Below are positions 43,639 through 54,636 of a DNA stretch of 64,000 nt, piece by piece. The notes beneath the pieces were generated by a model, which was not told where the DNA came from, ran no database searches, and was given only the letters and a program-made list of their open reading frames with translations. This stretch comes from Minisyncoccota bacterium (GTDB taxonomy: Bacteria; Patescibacteriota; Minisyncoccia; JBAYJV01). The stretch covers positions 72,302-136,301 of the forward strand of contig JBAYJV010000002.1 in the NCBI GenBank assembly GCA_041664925.1. Reading direction: 5' to 3'. How positions within the stretch are numbered: position 1 is the first letter of the stretch; each line of letters opens with the position of its first letter. The translations under genes and the position numbers were made by a program.

Positions 43639-45230
43639 CTTTTATTATCGCCATCATTATTCTCGTAGCAGTTTTTGCTTTGGCGCTTTTAGTTTTGGCA
43701 AATAATCGATCTTCTTCTGTTAATCAAAGTTTTTCCGCGCTTATCTTTTTTGTTGGATTTTGGCTAGCTTCTTCTTTGTTTATTGATCTTTCTTTATCTC
43801 TTTCGGGAATTTATTTTTGGGCGCAAATCTCGATAGTTTGGGCAGCTGCCATTCCTGCTATTTGGGTTTATTTTACCCATATTTTCCCAAAATATACAAA
43901 ACTTAATGTATTGAAACAATTAATTATCACCATTCCGCCGCTTGTTTTTTTGGTGCTTTCTCCAACGAATCTCAATATTTCTTCAGTAAGGGTTTTAGGA
44001 GATGGTTCTAGGGAAATTGTTCACGGTCCGCTTTATTTGATTTTAGCGTTTTATTTTATAATTTTTGCTCTTTGGGGTTCAATAAGATTGATGCTGTTTT
44101 ACAGAAAAAGCAGGGGAGTAATTAGAATTCAGTTAAGATATATGTTGATTGGTATAGTGTCATCAAGTCTTCTTGCTATTTCAGGATCAATTATTTTTCC
44201 TTTTCTTGGAGTTGACGCTGTTACTAATTTTTCCTCTTTAACAATTCTTTTCTTCCTAGTGTTTAGTGTTTATGCTGTTTTGAGACATCATCTAATGCAA
44301 ATTCGCGTCATGACAGCAGAGGTTTTTACGGGACTTTTGCTCTTGATCCTTCTTGTAAATGTTTTTACTTTTCGCACCAAAGAACAATTAATTTTAAATC
44401 TCGGTCTTTTCTTTGCCGCCATTATTTTTGGTATTTTCTTGGTTAAATCAGTTCTTCAGGAGGTTAATGCTAGACAAGAAATGGAAGATATGGCAAAAAA
44501 GTTGAAAAGAGCTAATTTTAGGCTTCAAAAATTAGATGAAGCAAAGTCCGAATTCATTTCTATTGCATCGCATCAGCTCCGCACTCCTTTGTCGGCAATC
44601 AAGGGCTATGTTTCAATGATTTTGGATGGAACTTACGGAAAGCTTGATAATGAAAAATCGGAAGTTTTAAGCCGAGTTTATGCATCAAACGAGCGTCTTA
44701 TCACCTTAGTTAACGATTTGCTTAATTTGTCGCGCATTGAAAGAGGCAAGCTTCAATTCGAATTTCAAGACGTCCATGATCTTTCTGATATTTTAGAGTC
44801 TGTTGTGAACGAATTTAAAGTTAATGCTGAAAAAAGAGGATTGTATCTTACTTATAAAACCGCACCGCTTCCAACGATCAGCGCTGATCCTTATAAACTT
44901 CGCCAGATATTTGTGAATATTATTGATAACGCCATTAAATACACAGAAAAAGGCGGTCTAAATATTTCTACAGAAACTACTTCTAAGAAAATTACGATAA
45001 TTTTTAAAGATACTGGCGTGGGCATGTCTCATGAAGAGATTGATTCAATGTACGAAAAATTCAGGAGAGGTCAGGCGGGAGAAAAGTTTCATGCTGGCGG
45101 TATGGGCATTGGACTATATATCTGCCATAAAATTATCGAAGCTCACAATGGTCGAATTTATGCAAAAAGCAAGGGAAAAGATGAAGGATCGACTTTCTAT
45201 GTTGAATTACCAATAAAATCTAAATTTTAA
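43629..45230 (+). CDS. sensor histidine kinase, tandem paralog of 42028-43638
   Basis: same H-box ISIASHQLRTPLSAIKGYVSMIL, IIDNAIKYTEKGG, DTGVGM, GGMGIGLYICHKIIEAHNG; overlaps upstream gene by 10 nt. Confidence 0.8.
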   Translation: MGIAFIIAIIILVAVFALALLVLANNRSSSVNQSFSALIFFVGFWLASSLFIDLSLSLSGIYFWAQISIVWAAAIPAIWVYFTHIFPKYTKLNVLKQLIITIPPLVFLVLSPTNLNISSVRVLGDGSREIVHGPLYLILAFYFIIFALWGSIRLMLFYRKSRGVIRIQLRYMLIGIVSSSLLAISGSIIFPFLGVDAVTNFSSLTILFFLVFSVYAVLRHHLMQIRVMTAEVFTGLLLLILLVNVFTFRTKEQLILNLGLFFAAIIFGIFLVKSVLQEVNARQEMEDMAKKLKRANFRLQKLDEAKSEFISIASHQLRTPLSAIKGYVSMILDGTYGKLDNEKSEVLSRVYASNERLITLVNDLLNLSRIERGKLQFEFQDVHDLSDILESVVNEFKVNAEKRGLYLTYKTAPLPTISADPYKLRQIFVNIIDNAIKYTEKGGLNISTETTSKKITIIFKDTGVGMSHEEIDSMYEKFRRGQAGEKFHAGGMGIGLYICHKIIEAHNGRIYAKSKGKDEGSTFYVELPIKSKF

Positions 45231-45296
45231 ATCTTTATTTATAGATTGGAACTAAAAAAAGACCTCATTTCTGTGAGGTCTTTTATCTTTAATCAA

Positions 45297-45824
45297 TTAG
45301 GCTTCAGTATCGCTACCATGAACAATAGCAAAGACATGTCCTGATGTTACAGGCATCGCTACAACCTTGATTGTTGTTATATTTCCGACGCTGCAATTTT
45401 CTCCAAAAAATCTTACGAGAAACAACCTATCACTAGGTTGAAAATCTAGATGTCTAATGGCTACCATCTTGCTATTTCCATCTTCTTGAACTGGCTCTGT
45501 CATTAATGCTATCCATTGATCATTAGCAACGAGGGTTATCAGTTGGAAAACTGGCTGTAATAATCCTCCTTCACGTTCATTAACATAATCACAAGGATCA
45601 ATGACTGGAATCCCACCTGGCGTTTTGCTGCTATATAGACAAATACACGCAAGTATTAACAAAAATAAAGTCAAGAATATTCCCAATATCAGCAAAAGAT
45701 TATCACTTTTAGGCGATAAATTTGTAATAGCAAACATTCCAAGCGCTATTATTCCACAACAAGCTAATATTCCCATTATTATACCGGCTCTAATCGGCCT
45801 TTTGACGTCCTTGCTCTCGAACAT
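45297..45824 (-). CDS. hypothetical 2-TM membrane protein with C-terminal soluble domain
   Basis: RBS CAGGAGGGAAAA; shares a bidirectional terminator AAAGACCTCAtttctgTGAGGTCTTT with the kinase gene. Confidence 0.5.
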   Translation of the reverse strand: MFESKDVKRPIRAGIIMGILACCGIIALGMFAITNLSPKSDNLLLILGIFLTLFLLILACICLYSSKTPGGIPVIDPCDYVNEREGGLLQPVFQLITLVANDQWIALMTEPVQEDGNSKMVAIRHLDFQPSDRLFLVRFFGENCSVGNITTIKVVAMPVTSGHVFAIVHGSDTEA

Positions 45825-46085
45825 TTTTCCCTCCTGTTAGTTTCTTCTTTTTGAGCCGTAGACGAAAAACAGAAAAACTTACATCCTGAACGAAGTCGAA
45901 GGATTACATTATGTACCAATTTTTAAAGAACCTCTTTTATTCTATAACTAAAATAATGAATGTCAACATTGTCAACAGTTTTACTTGGTTATTTCATTTT
46001 AAAATCAATTTATCTCTCAACTTCTTTTAAAAAATGAAAAATGTGATACAATATTCATAATAATCATCATGTTAAATATAAAGAA

Positions 46086-48746
46086 ATGTTTAATTTTGAA
46101 AACCTAACAACTAAATCTCGTGAAGCATTGATGAGAGCGCAAGAAATTGCCCAAAATTTAGGTCATCCGCAAATCGATTCTCTTCATATGTTGTCATCTT
46201 TGATGGAAGACAAAGAGGGGATTGTTTTAACAATTCTAACTCAACTTGGAATAGATGACAGAAGACTGAAGATTATTATTGGAAACGCCTTAAGGGTTCT
46301 TCCCAGAATGGTTTCTAATATGTCCGTTGGACAACTTTTTATGGGGCAAAATATGATGCGAGTTTTAGAACGTGCCCAAGAAGAAGCCGATCAGATGAAA
46401 GATGATTACGTTAGCGTTGAACATCTTTTTCTTGCTCTTATGAGTGAAGAAGGGATGATTACTGACGCCCTTAGAAGATCGCAGACGCTCGATATGAGTG
46501 ATGAATATAAAGAAATTAGTTATCAAAATGTTTTAAATATTCTAAAAGGAATTCGCGGATCTTCTCGAATCACGGACACAGAGCCAGAGTCGCAATATCA
46601 AGCACTCAAAAGCTATGGTCGTGATTTAACTCAGCTCGCTAAGGAAGAAAAACTTGATCCCATTATCGGCAGAGAAGATGAAATCAGGCGCGTGATGCAA
46701 GTTTTAACGAGACGAAAAAAGAATAATCCTGTTCTTATTGGCGAAGCTGGTGTTGGTAAAACCGCTATTGTAGAAGGATTAGCTCAAAGGATTGTGTCCG
46801 GAGATATTCCTGATAATCTCAAAAATAAAAGAGTTGTTGCTCTTGATTTAGGAGCAATGATTGCGGGAACTAAATTTAGAGGAGAATTTGAAAAACGTCT
46901 CAAGGCGCTTCTTCAGGAAGTCAAAGATGCTTCTGGGGAAGTGATTTTATTTATTGATGAAATGCACACCTTAGTCGGTGCCGGTCAGGCAGAAGGAGCG
47001 ATGGATGCTTCCAATATGCTTAAACCAGCGTTGGCTCGAGGAGAACTTCATGCCATTGGAGCAACTACTATAAAAGAATATCAAAAATATGTAGAAAAAG
47101 ATCCGGCCCTAGAGCGCCGTTTCCAGCAAATTTATGTAAAAGAGCCAAGTGTTGAAGATACGATCGCTATTTTAAGAGGCATAAAAGAAAAATATGAAGT
47201 TCATCATGGTGTCCACATTACCGACAAAGCTCTAGTCTTTGCGACTCAACTTTCTAATCGTTATATTTCTGACAGGTTTTTGCCAGACAAGGCAGTAGAT
47301 CTAATGGATGAGGCCGGTTCCTCTTTGCGTATGGAAATTGACAGTATGCCTGAAGAAATTGATATTTTAAAAAGATCTCTTATAAAACTGGAAATTGAAA
47401 AAAAAGCACTCGAAAAAGAACAAGACGATGACGCGAAAAAAAGACTCAAAAAAATTAAACAAGAAATCAGCGAAATTCAAGAACAAAATAACAAGCTCAT
47501 GGCTAAATGGAAAGCAGAAAAAGAATTAATCAGCAAGATGAATCAGGCAAAAAAAGAGATAGATGATCTAAAAACGAAAGCCGAAATAGCTGAAAGAGCT
47601 TCTAATCTTGAAAGAGTTGCTGAGATTAAATATAGCCAGATTCCTCAAAAAGAAAAAGAGCTTAAAAAGACAGAGGTTGAACTAAAGCGTACCCAAAAAG
47701 GCAATTCTATTTTAAATCGAGAAATAGGAGAGGAAGAAATCGCTAAAGTTGTTTCTCGTTGGACAGGAATTCCTGTTCAGAAAATGCTACAAAACGAAAA
47801 AGAAAAACTTTTAAATATGGAAGATGTTATTTCCGGACGAATTGTAAACCAAAAAAGAGCAATTAAGGCCGTATCGGATGCCATCAGAAGATCAAGAGCT
47901 GATGTTACTTCTCTAAATCGGCCAATTGGAACATTTATTTTCGTTGGACCAACAGGAGTAGGAAAAACTGAATTAGTGAAGGCTTTAGCAGACTTCATGT
48001 TTAATGATGAACACGCTATGGTTAGAATAGACATGTCAGAATACATGGAAAGACACTCAACAGCTCGTCTTATTGGTGCGCCTCCGGGATACGTTGGTTA
48101 TGATGAGGGCGGTCAATTAACAGATAAAATTCGCCGCCGCCCATATTCAGTAGTACTTTTTGATGAAATAGAAAAGGCTCATCCAGAAACATTCAATCTT
48201 TTTCTGCAAATTTTGGACGAAGGGCGCTTAACTGATGCAAAAGGACGTACTGTTAATTTTAACAACACAATTATTATCATGACATCGAATATTGGCAACG
48301 ATGTCATCAGAGACTACGCTCCTATTGGATTTGATAGCGGCAAAAAAGAAGAAAAAGCATCTGAAGATTACGAGGTGATGAAAACCAAAGTTTTGGAAGA
48401 AATTCGCAAGAAATTTAAACCAGAATTTTTAAATAGAATTGATGAAATTATTGTGTTTGAATATCTAAGAAAACAAGAACTTGAAAAAATTGTTGATCTT
48501 GAAATAAAGAAAACCACGAAACAATTATCAACCAAAGGAATTAAGCTTGAAATTACTAAAGACGCCAAACAATTTTTAGCCAATGAAGGTTTTGATCCAG
48601 ATTATGGCGCCAGACCCCTTAAAAGAGCAATTCAGACACATATTCTCAATAAAATTGCTGAACTGATTATTGCTGAAAATATCAAAAAAGGAGAAATAAT
48701 AAAAGTCGGAATTAAAGACAAGAAAATTGAAATTACAAAGACATAA
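46086..48746 (+). CDS. clpB: ATP-dependent chaperone ClpB
   Basis: Clp N-domain repeats, NBD1 Walker [16 protein letters not shown], long middle coiled coil, NBD2 [10 protein letters not shown], sensor-2 region. Confidence 0.9.
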   Translation: MFNFENLTTKSREALMRAQEIAQNLGHPQIDSLHMLSSLMEDKEGIVLTILTQLGIDDRRLKIIIGNALRVLPRMVSNMSVGQLFMGQNMMRVLERAQEEADQMKDDYVSVEHLFLALMSEEGMITDALRRSQTLDMSDEYKEISYQNVLNILKGIRGSSRITDTEPESQYQALKSYGRDLTQLAKEEKLDPIIGREDEIRRVMQVLTRRKKNNPVLIGEAGVGKTAIVEGLAQRIVSGDIPDNLKNKRVVALDLGAMIAGTKFRGEFEKRLKALLQEVKDASGEVILFIDEMHTLVGAGQAEGAMDASNMLKPALARGELHAIGATTIKEYQKYVEKDPALERRFQQIYVKEPSVEDTIAILRGIKEKYEVHHGVHITDKALVFATQLSNRYISDRFLPDKAVDLMDEAGSSLRMEIDSMPEEIDILKRSLIKLEIEKKALEKEQDDDAKKRLKKIKQEISEIQEQNNKLMAKWKAEKELISKMNQAKKEIDDLKTKAEIAERASNLERVAEIKYSQIPQKEKELKKTEVELKRTQKGNSILNREIGEEEIAKVVSRWTGIPVQKMLQNEKEKLLNMEDVISGRIVNQKRAIKAVSDAIRRSRADVTSLNRPIGTFIFVGPTGVGKTELVKALADFMFNDEHAMVRIDMSEYMERHSTARLIGAPPGYVGYDEGGQLTDKIRRRPYSVVLFDEIEKAHPETFNLFLQILDEGRLTDAKGRTVNFNNTIIIMTSNIGNDVIRDYAPIGFDSGKKEEKASEDYEVMKTKVLEEIRKKFKPEFLNRIDEIIVFEYLRKQELEKIVDLEIKKTTKQLSTKGIKLEITKDAKQFLANEGFDPDYGARPLKRAIQTHILNKIAELIIAENIKKGEIIKVGIKDKKIEITKT

Positions 48747-48841
48747 TTGTTTAGAATTTTTAATTTAGAAAATTATAATTTGTTTCGAATTTCCCTGCCT
48801 GACGGCAGTCAGGGATATTCGAATTTCGGATTTGACCATCT

Positions 48842-49711
48842 ATGCAAAAAATTCTCATTCTTGGAGCAAAAGGAATGTTGGGACAAGCATTAGTAATAGA
48901 ATTTTCTGATAACAAAAATTATAATTTAATTGCTTGGGATCGAGAAAATTTAGATATTACAGATAGTGAAAAAGTTATAAAATCCATAACAGATATTAAG
49001 CCAGAAGTTATTATTAATGCGGCTGCCTATACTGACGTAGATGGTGCTGAAACCAATAAAGAATTATTGCTGAAAGTCAACACTCAAGCTGTCGGTTATT
49101 TGACAAAAGCGTCACGAATTGTGAACGCTCTTTTTATACACATTAGTACGGATTATATTTTTGATGGTAAAAATAAAAAAGGATACAAAGAAACAGATTT
49201 TTCTAAAAAATCACTAAATACTTACGGAGAATCAAAAAGACTTGGCGAAGAAGCTTTGATAAGAGAAGCTGGAGATAAATTAAAATATTATCTTATTCGT
49301 ACCTCATGGCTTTTTGGGTTAGGAGGAAAAAATTTCGTAAAAACAATGATAAATACTGCTTATCAAAGAAAAGATTTATCTATTGTTGATGACCAGCAAG
49401 GAAAACCAACCTACGCCAAAGATCTTGCTAATACCATAAAATATATGATAGAATCAGATATTGAATCAGGAATATATCATTTTACTAATGAACCGAAATT
49501 GACATGGTATAAATTCGCAAAAATCATCTTTGATACTAAAAAAGAAATTGATTCAAGTTTCCCGGTGCCGAAAGTTTTTCCTATAAGCTCAGAAGAATTT
49601 TCGAGACCGGCAAAACGACCAAAATATTCAGTTCTTTTAAATAAGAAGCTTCCAAAAGGAAGAAATATAAAAATGGCATTGAAAGATTATTTAAGAAATA
49701 CAGATTGTTAA
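48842..49711 (+). CDS. rmlD: dTDP-4-dehydrorhamnose reductase
   Basis: MQKILILGAKGMLGQAL, STDYIFDG, YGESK catalytic motif, RTSWLFG. Confidence 0.8.
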   Translation: MQKILILGAKGMLGQALVIEFSDNKNYNLIAWDRENLDITDSEKVIKSITDIKPEVIINAAAYTDVDGAETNKELLLKVNTQAVGYLTKASRIVNALFIHISTDYIFDGKNKKGYKETDFSKKSLNTYGESKRLGEEALIREAGDKLKYYLIRTSWLFGLGGKNFVKTMINTAYQRKDLSIVDDQQGKPTYAKDLANTIKYMIESDIESGIYHFTNEPKLTWYKFAKIIFDTKKEIDSSFPVPKVFPISSEEFSRPAKRPKYSVLLNKKLPKGRNIKMALKDYLRNTDC

Positions 49712-49737
49712 TATTGCCACAAGTAAAAGGGGGACAA

Positions 49738-49956
49738 GTGAAGGGTTGTGCAAAGATAGTTAAAACAGAAGGTGGTCGATACAAAATAGTTACTAAAAAA
49801 GGTCGAGTTCCTAGAAATTTTGAGAAAGATTCAATAGGAGGAGTAGTAAAAATAAGATCGCGCGAAGATGAACTTTCTTTAAAGCTTAAAGCAGCTACCC
49901 AGCAACATGCTATGCGCTTACATATTCCGTTAATGCAGATCGATGGAATATTGTAA
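49738..49956 (+). CDS. small basic hypothetical protein (72 aa, GTG start)
   Basis: AAAAGGGGGACAA GTG; KIVKTEGGRYKIVTKKGRVPRNFEKDSIGGVVKIRSRE; terminator GGGAGAAaagcacTTCTCCC+T7. Confidence 0.4.
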   Translation: MKGCAKIVKTEGGRYKIVTKKGRVPRNFEKDSIGGVVKIRSREDELSLKLKAATQQHAMRLHIPLMQIDGIL

Positions 49957-49987
49957 GTGGTGGGAGAAAAGCACTTCTCCCTTTTTT

Positions 49988-50063
49988 TATTGATTGCGTT
50001 TTTGAGCTAAGCGAAGATTACGCAATCAATAACCCTGAAGTCAATTCATTGTACTTCAGGGTT
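49988..50063. repeat. double-hairpin repeat (TTATTGATTGCGT..ACGCAATCAATAA then AACCCTGAAGT..ACTTCAGGGTT)
   Basis: inverted copy of 27431-27477. Confidence 0.5.
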
Positions 50064-50165
50064 GGCTACAAGCGTTTTGGCATAAATAGCTTTACGCGAA
50101 GGCGGATATCTATTATTGCATGACTTCTTAAAAGTATGATAAAATTGTGACATAATACATTATTT

Positions 50166-50228
50166 AAGATTTTACTGTCATTCTGATTTGTTTCTGGATT
50201 CTGCCCGCCTACCGGACACGCAGGAAAG
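50166..50228. repeat. GC-rich hairpin element TGTCATTCTG...GGATTCTGCCCGCCTACCGGACACGCAGGAAAGCAGGAATCCA
   Basis: homolog of 24089-24135. Confidence 0.45.
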
Positions 50229-50286
50229 CAGGAATCCAAAGGTTTTACTTTTGTAAATGGTTTAGAATGATATTAAAAACAATCAA

Positions 50287-51564
50287 ATGAAAAAAATAGT
50301 TTTTATTTTGAGTTTTATTGGATTCTTTTTATCGGCGATTGTTGTTTTTGCGGAAATGCCTCCGCCTCCGCCAAATGATGACAATGTTGTTGATACTCCA
50401 TCTTCTACCGCAACCCTAATGCGTGCTACTAACCAATCAAAGGTTTATGAAATAAAGAATGGCAAACGCCATTGGATTCCAACGGCTGGAGTTTTTAATG
50501 ATTACGGTTTTAAATGGAGCGAAATTCAGATAGTTTCCGAGAGCACGCTTAATGCTTATCCCCGAGCAAAGACATTGAGAGCTATTGGTAGTCAGACAGT
50601 TTATTATTTAACTGAATCAGGCATGACCCGTGGAATGCCTTCGTCAGAAGTTTTTCTCTCTTATGGCAATAAATGGGAAGATGTTTTTGAAATCTCTGCA
50701 AAAGAACTTAATGCGTATGAGCATAATAATTTAATCCGTGCCGAAGGCGATTTTAAGGTGTATTTAATAGAAGGTGGCAAAAAACGCTGGATAGAATCTG
50801 TTAAGGATTTTAATGATAGAAAACTTAATTGGTCAAAAATCGCGCCAGTCAATCAAACAGAACTTAATTCATATCCTAATACAAATACGAATAATGCGAA
50901 TACAAATACAACAGTATCGATCTTAGATTGTCAACAAGACCTTCAGTGCTTGATTCAAGCTTCAATAAATTGTAGACCTGCAAAAGTTATTTATACCACA
51001 ACGACTGATGTTTTTGGAATAAAACATACAAATACTTCATTTTTTGAAATTAAAGGCAGTGAAACTGATAAATGTAATTTTTATTTACGAACAGAAAAAA
51101 TAGATTTAACATTTCCGGCAAGCGTCTCTCAGGAAATTGTTAATCAGCAAAAAATACTATATCAAAAACTTGAAGGCCAAGATGGAACTTGCAAATTTAA
51201 AGCAAGTGATTTAACTGACGTGCTAACAAGATGGAGCAAGGGAACTTTTTCAACTGGTAATGTCCATTGCACATTAGGAGCTACTGGTAATGTATGTACA
51301 ACCGAAGGTGGTGATTTTGGCGTTGCAGAATGTCAGGGAACGTATTTTTCTTCATCTATAACAGAAAATTCTCAGACTCAAGCAACAAATTACGCAACAA
51401 CAATGCTGGCAATAATCCCATTAGGAACTTCAACAAATTCAACGGTTGACATGGGCAATTTCTACACACTTCGTACTGCTTATTTATTAAATGCCCAAGA
51501 TAGTAATCGAAATTTTGTGACCGAATTTTATCCTTCCACAAAATTGATACTAAAATACACATAA
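50287..51564 (+). CDS. secreted protein with three tandem roughly 60-aa repeats and a Cys-rich C-terminal domain
   Basis: signal peptide MKKIVFILSFIGFFLSAIVVFA, poly-Pro, repeats KVYEIKNGKRHWIPTAGVFNDYGFKWSEIQ / TVYYLTESGMTRGMPSSEVFLSYGNKWEDV / KVYLIEGGKKRWIESVKDFNDRKLNWSKI. Confidence 0.55.
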   Translation: MKKIVFILSFIGFFLSAIVVFAEMPPPPPNDDNVVDTPSSTATLMRATNQSKVYEIKNGKRHWIPTAGVFNDYGFKWSEIQIVSESTLNAYPRAKTLRAIGSQTVYYLTESGMTRGMPSSEVFLSYGNKWEDVFEISAKELNAYEHNNLIRAEGDFKVYLIEGGKKRWIESVKDFNDRKLNWSKIAPVNQTELNSYPNTNTNNANTNTTVSILDCQQDLQCLIQASINCRPAKVIYTTTTDVFGIKHTNTSFFEIKGSETDKCNFYLRTEKIDLTFPASVSQEIVNQQKILYQKLEGQDGTCKFKASDLTDVLTRWSKGTFSTGNVHCTLGATGNVCTTEGGDFGVAECQGTYFSSSITENSQTQATNYATTMLAIIPLGTSTNSTVDMGNFYTLRTAYLLNAQDSNRNFVTEFYPSTKLILKYT

Positions 51565-51905
51565 AACGAAGTAAGTCAAAGTAATCTTAATTACTCAAAA
51601 AGAGCTAACTTTAAAATATGTATATGGGTATTTCATGATAGCCAAAATAAAGGATGGGAAGAAATGGGCGGATTTAGTAATACCAATGATGATTCCGTCC
51701 AGTTATACGCAACCAAATCCGGTACTTATGTAGTCTGCCAAAACAAGACTCAGTAAATCAAAGATAAATATAAATATCTAGTTTTTAATTATTGGATAAT
51801 GTCTAGTGTGAATTTTTTAGATAATTGGTCATTTGGATTTGATTTGAAATTAGATATTGGAAATTAGAAATTATTTCTCGTAGCTTGTAATAATCATCTA
51901 GTCAG

Positions 51906-52907
51906 ATGTTAATAAAAAAACTCTTTTTTCTGCTTTTCGTTATTACTATTGTAGTTGCAAGTTATTTTTTTTACTTTCAAAAAAACGGATGGGGGATTAA
52001 GAATATTATTGACGGTCAAAAAGAACCAATAAAAATGAGCGATGAAAACAAGACGATTAATATGGTTTTTGTCGGCGACATTATGCTTTCTCGTGCTGTC
52101 GGAGATAAAATGGCAAAAGAAAATAATTGGTCATGGCCATTCTTAAAGATGGATAAATGGCTTGCTGATGCAGATTTAACTTTTGGAAATCTTGAAGGAC
52201 CAATTTCTGATAAGGGTATGAATGTTGGCTCAATTTATTCATTCAGAGCCGATCCCAGAGCCACAGAAGGCCTCAAATTAGCAGGATTTGATGTTTTATC
52301 AATCGCGAATAATCATATGGGTGATTGGTCAACTCCTGCGTTTGAAGATACGCTCAATCGTCTAACTGAAGCAGGTATAGATTATGTTGGTGGTGGTTTC
52401 AATCAGACAGAAGCCTATAGTCCATTAAAAAAGACTATTAAAGACACACTATTCTGTTTTTTTGCCTATACCGATTTAGGTCCTAGGTCATTTGAAGCAG
52501 GCGATGATAAATCCGGTATGGCATTTCTAGATATTGAATCCGCTCAAAATGATATTGAAAAAAATAAGAATTCATGTGATTTAATTATTGTTTCAATCCA
52601 CTTTGGAGAAGAATACAAAGAAAAAGCCGACTCTCGTCAAAAAACAATCACCAAAGCACTCGTTGATTCTGGAGCAAATCTGATCGTTGGACATCATTCC
52701 CACATTATTAGCGAAGTTGAAACGATAGATAATACCCAGGTCTTTTATAGTTTAGGAAATTTTATTTTTGATCAATTATTTTCAGACAAAACAAGAGAAG
52801 GAATGGTTCTTGTTGCTGAAATAAAGGATAAAAAAATTATAAATTTGATTCCTCATCTAACTCGTATTAATAATGATTTTCAGCCCGAACCGGTAATTAG
52901 CGAATAA
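51906..52907 (+). CDS. CapA-family (PGA_cap) metallophosphatase-like protein
   Basis: MVFVGDIMLSRAV, ADLTFGNLEGPIS, SIANNHMGDWS, IVGHHSH, LGNFIFDQ. Confidence 0.7.
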   Translation: MLIKKLFFLLFVITIVVASYFFYFQKNGWGIKNIIDGQKEPIKMSDENKTINMVFVGDIMLSRAVGDKMAKENNWSWPFLKMDKWLADADLTFGNLEGPISDKGMNVGSIYSFRADPRATEGLKLAGFDVLSIANNHMGDWSTPAFEDTLNRLTEAGIDYVGGGFNQTEAYSPLKKTIKDTLFCFFAYTDLGPRSFEAGDDKSGMAFLDIESAQNDIEKNKNSCDLIIVSIHFGEEYKEKADSRQKTITKALVDSGANLIVGHHSHIISEVETIDNTQVFYSLGNFIFDQLFSDKTREGMVLVAEIKDKKIINLIPHLTRINNDFQPEPVISE

Positions 52908-52928
52908 GTTATCAACAGGACTCATTTT

Positions 52929-53180
52929 TTGCTTTATGGTAAAATCAGGGAAAGGAAGTTTTTAAAGTCGTTTTTATTAATAACTATGAAAAGTTTCAAA
53001 GTTATAGTAAAAAAGCAATCTAGGGAGGAACAAAAAGCTAGTATTTTCTTTTGGTTTGTTTTTGTGGCAGCCACAATCATTGTTGCGGTTGTCATGTTTT
53101 TATACTACCAAAACACGGTTAGGGTTATAGACGCACAAGCTAGCTCAGGAGAAATTATTAATCATAACGTCCTTAGATAA
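52929..53180 (+). CDS. small membrane protein (start uncertain: 52929 or 52986)
   Basis: FFWFVFVAATIIVAVVMFLYY; terminator CCTCCGcttatataCGGAGG shared with convergent gene. Confidence 0.35.
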   Translation: MLYGKIRERKFLKSFLLITMKSFKVIVKKQSREEQKASIFFWFVFVAATIIVAVVMFLYYQNTVRVIDAQASSGEIINHNVLR

Positions 53181-53272
53181 ACTTTTAAAAAAACTCGAAG
53201 ATATTATTTTTCGGGTTTTTTGTTTATTAAAAAACCTCCGCTTATATACGGAGGCTATTGCTTATTTCTCTA

Positions 53273-53902
53273 TTAAAGATTCAGAATATCTCTCATTTGA
53301 TTTATGATTAAACGAGACCAATTTTCTATCACGACATCAGAAGATTGCATAAGTTGATCCAACTCTTCTAGGCTATAATATGATCCGCTTTCAACCTCAG
53401 GATCTTTGGGTTGGACTCTAGTTGCTTGCGTTTTTACCAAATAAACGACACCAAAATGAACCTTTCCAACATCATCAGAATCATCATTGATGAATCCAAT
53501 TGGCACGATTTCAGAAGAACCTTCTATAATAACTTCTTCTCCCAACTCTCTAGTGGCGCCTAATCTAATAGGGTTTCCTTCTTGAGTATCTTGTTGTTCT
53601 AGGTGTCCTCCAACTCCACAAGAAAGTTTTCCTTGCAATCTTTTTTCAGGATAACGATCATCGCGATTTGAGCGTCTGAAAACAAAAACTTTTCTGGTTA
53701 CTGGATTAACAATAACTATATATGCTATTGGTTGTTTAAATTTAGGATTTGATTCTGCCTCATCCCTAGCCATAAAAAGATGGTTTTTGAGAATAACATC
53801 CTCAAAATCGCCAGAAAATCTTTTTTGAACAAAACCATGGAAACATCCAGATTGAAAAAGAACTTCACGAGACACAACCATAATCACTTTTTTTGAAGGC
53901 AT
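53273..53902 (-). CDS. NUDIX-hydrolase-like family protein
   Basis: start at MPSKK after GGGAGGAAAT; GKLSCGVGGHLEQQDTQEGNPIRLGATRELGEEVII resembles Nudix box GX5EX7REUXEEXGU. Confidence 0.5.
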   Translation of the reverse strand: MPSKKVIMVVSREVLFQSGCFHGFVQKRFSGDFEDVILKNHLFMARDEAESNPKFKQPIAYIVIVNPVTRKVFVFRRSNRDDRYPEKRLQGKLSCGVGGHLEQQDTQEGNPIRLGATRELGEEVIIEGSSEIVPIGFINDDSDDVGKVHFGVVYLVKTQATRVQPKDPEVESGSYYSLEELDQLMQSSDVVIENWSRLIINQMRDILNL

Positions 53903-53977
53903 ATTTCCTCCCTTACGTAATTCCAATGTATCACATATAAATAAAACTTCAATATTGAATATTAAGATGAGAAACAG

Positions 53978-54006
53978 TTGACATAATCTTGGTTGTGTAA
54001 TAGAAT
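53978..54006 (+). promoter_or_regulatory. class-I promoter TTGACA-17-TAGAAT followed by AATCTTAGTTCTTCA leader
   Basis: leader nearly identical to that at 54595-54625. Confidence 0.5.
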
Positions 54007-54039
54007 AATCTTAGTTCTTCAGTTGACCAAGGAGGAAAG

Positions 54040-54549
54040 ATGAAAAGAACAATGGTTTTGTGGATTAGCGAAGGTGTGTATCATGAAGACTTAAGACTTG
54101 CTATACCACTTATTACTAATGTTGGTTTTGCTACTGACAGAGCTGAGAGTATAAAGGAAGCAATTCATGATCTTGAATTTAGCGAGCGTCCCGATGTAAT
54201 CGTGATTGGGCGTGTCGTTCTCTCAACGGAAAGATATCCGGAAAGAAAAAGAAAAAAGGATCGGACGGTTTGGGAAAAAGCTAATGAAAAAGGTAACCCT
54301 TTACGCATAGAGCTTGTTAAGTGGTTACTTGGCACTCCTGATGCTCTTGAGCAGATCGGAGAAGCTAAGAAATTTGATCCCAAACAAATTTTAGTTTATG
54401 GTTCTTTGAGAGACGATGAAGAAAAGATTTTAAGAAACATGGGAATTGAAAACGTCGTTATAATTGAAAGTAATGATTCTCTAGTTATTCTTAATGCTTT
54501 AAGAAAAATGGTCGCATCAAATCAAGAACAACCCTTGCCCGCAGAATAG
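54040..54549 (+). CDS. hypothetical protein (169 aa)
   Basis: RBS CAAGGAGGAAAG; terminator GCCCGCAGaataGCTGCGGGT+T. Confidence 0.5.
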   Translation: MKRTMVLWISEGVYHEDLRLAIPLITNVGFATDRAESIKEAIHDLEFSERPDVIVIGRVVLSTERYPERKRKKDRTVWEKANEKGNPLRIELVKWLLGTPDALEQIGEAKKFDPKQILVYGSLRDDEEKILRNMGIENVVIIESNDSLVILNALRKMVASNQEQPLPAE

Positions 54550-54571
54550 CTGCGGGTTTTTCTTTTTAGCA

Positions 54572-54600
54572 TTGACATAATGTCGCTTATGCAATAGGAT
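54572..54600 (+). promoter_or_regulatory. class-I promoter TTGACA-17-TAGGAT followed by AATCTTAGTTCTTCA leader
   Basis: paralogous to 53978-54006. Confidence 0.5.
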
Positions 54601-54636
54601 AATCTTAGTTCTTCACAATCAGCCTAAGGAGGCAAA

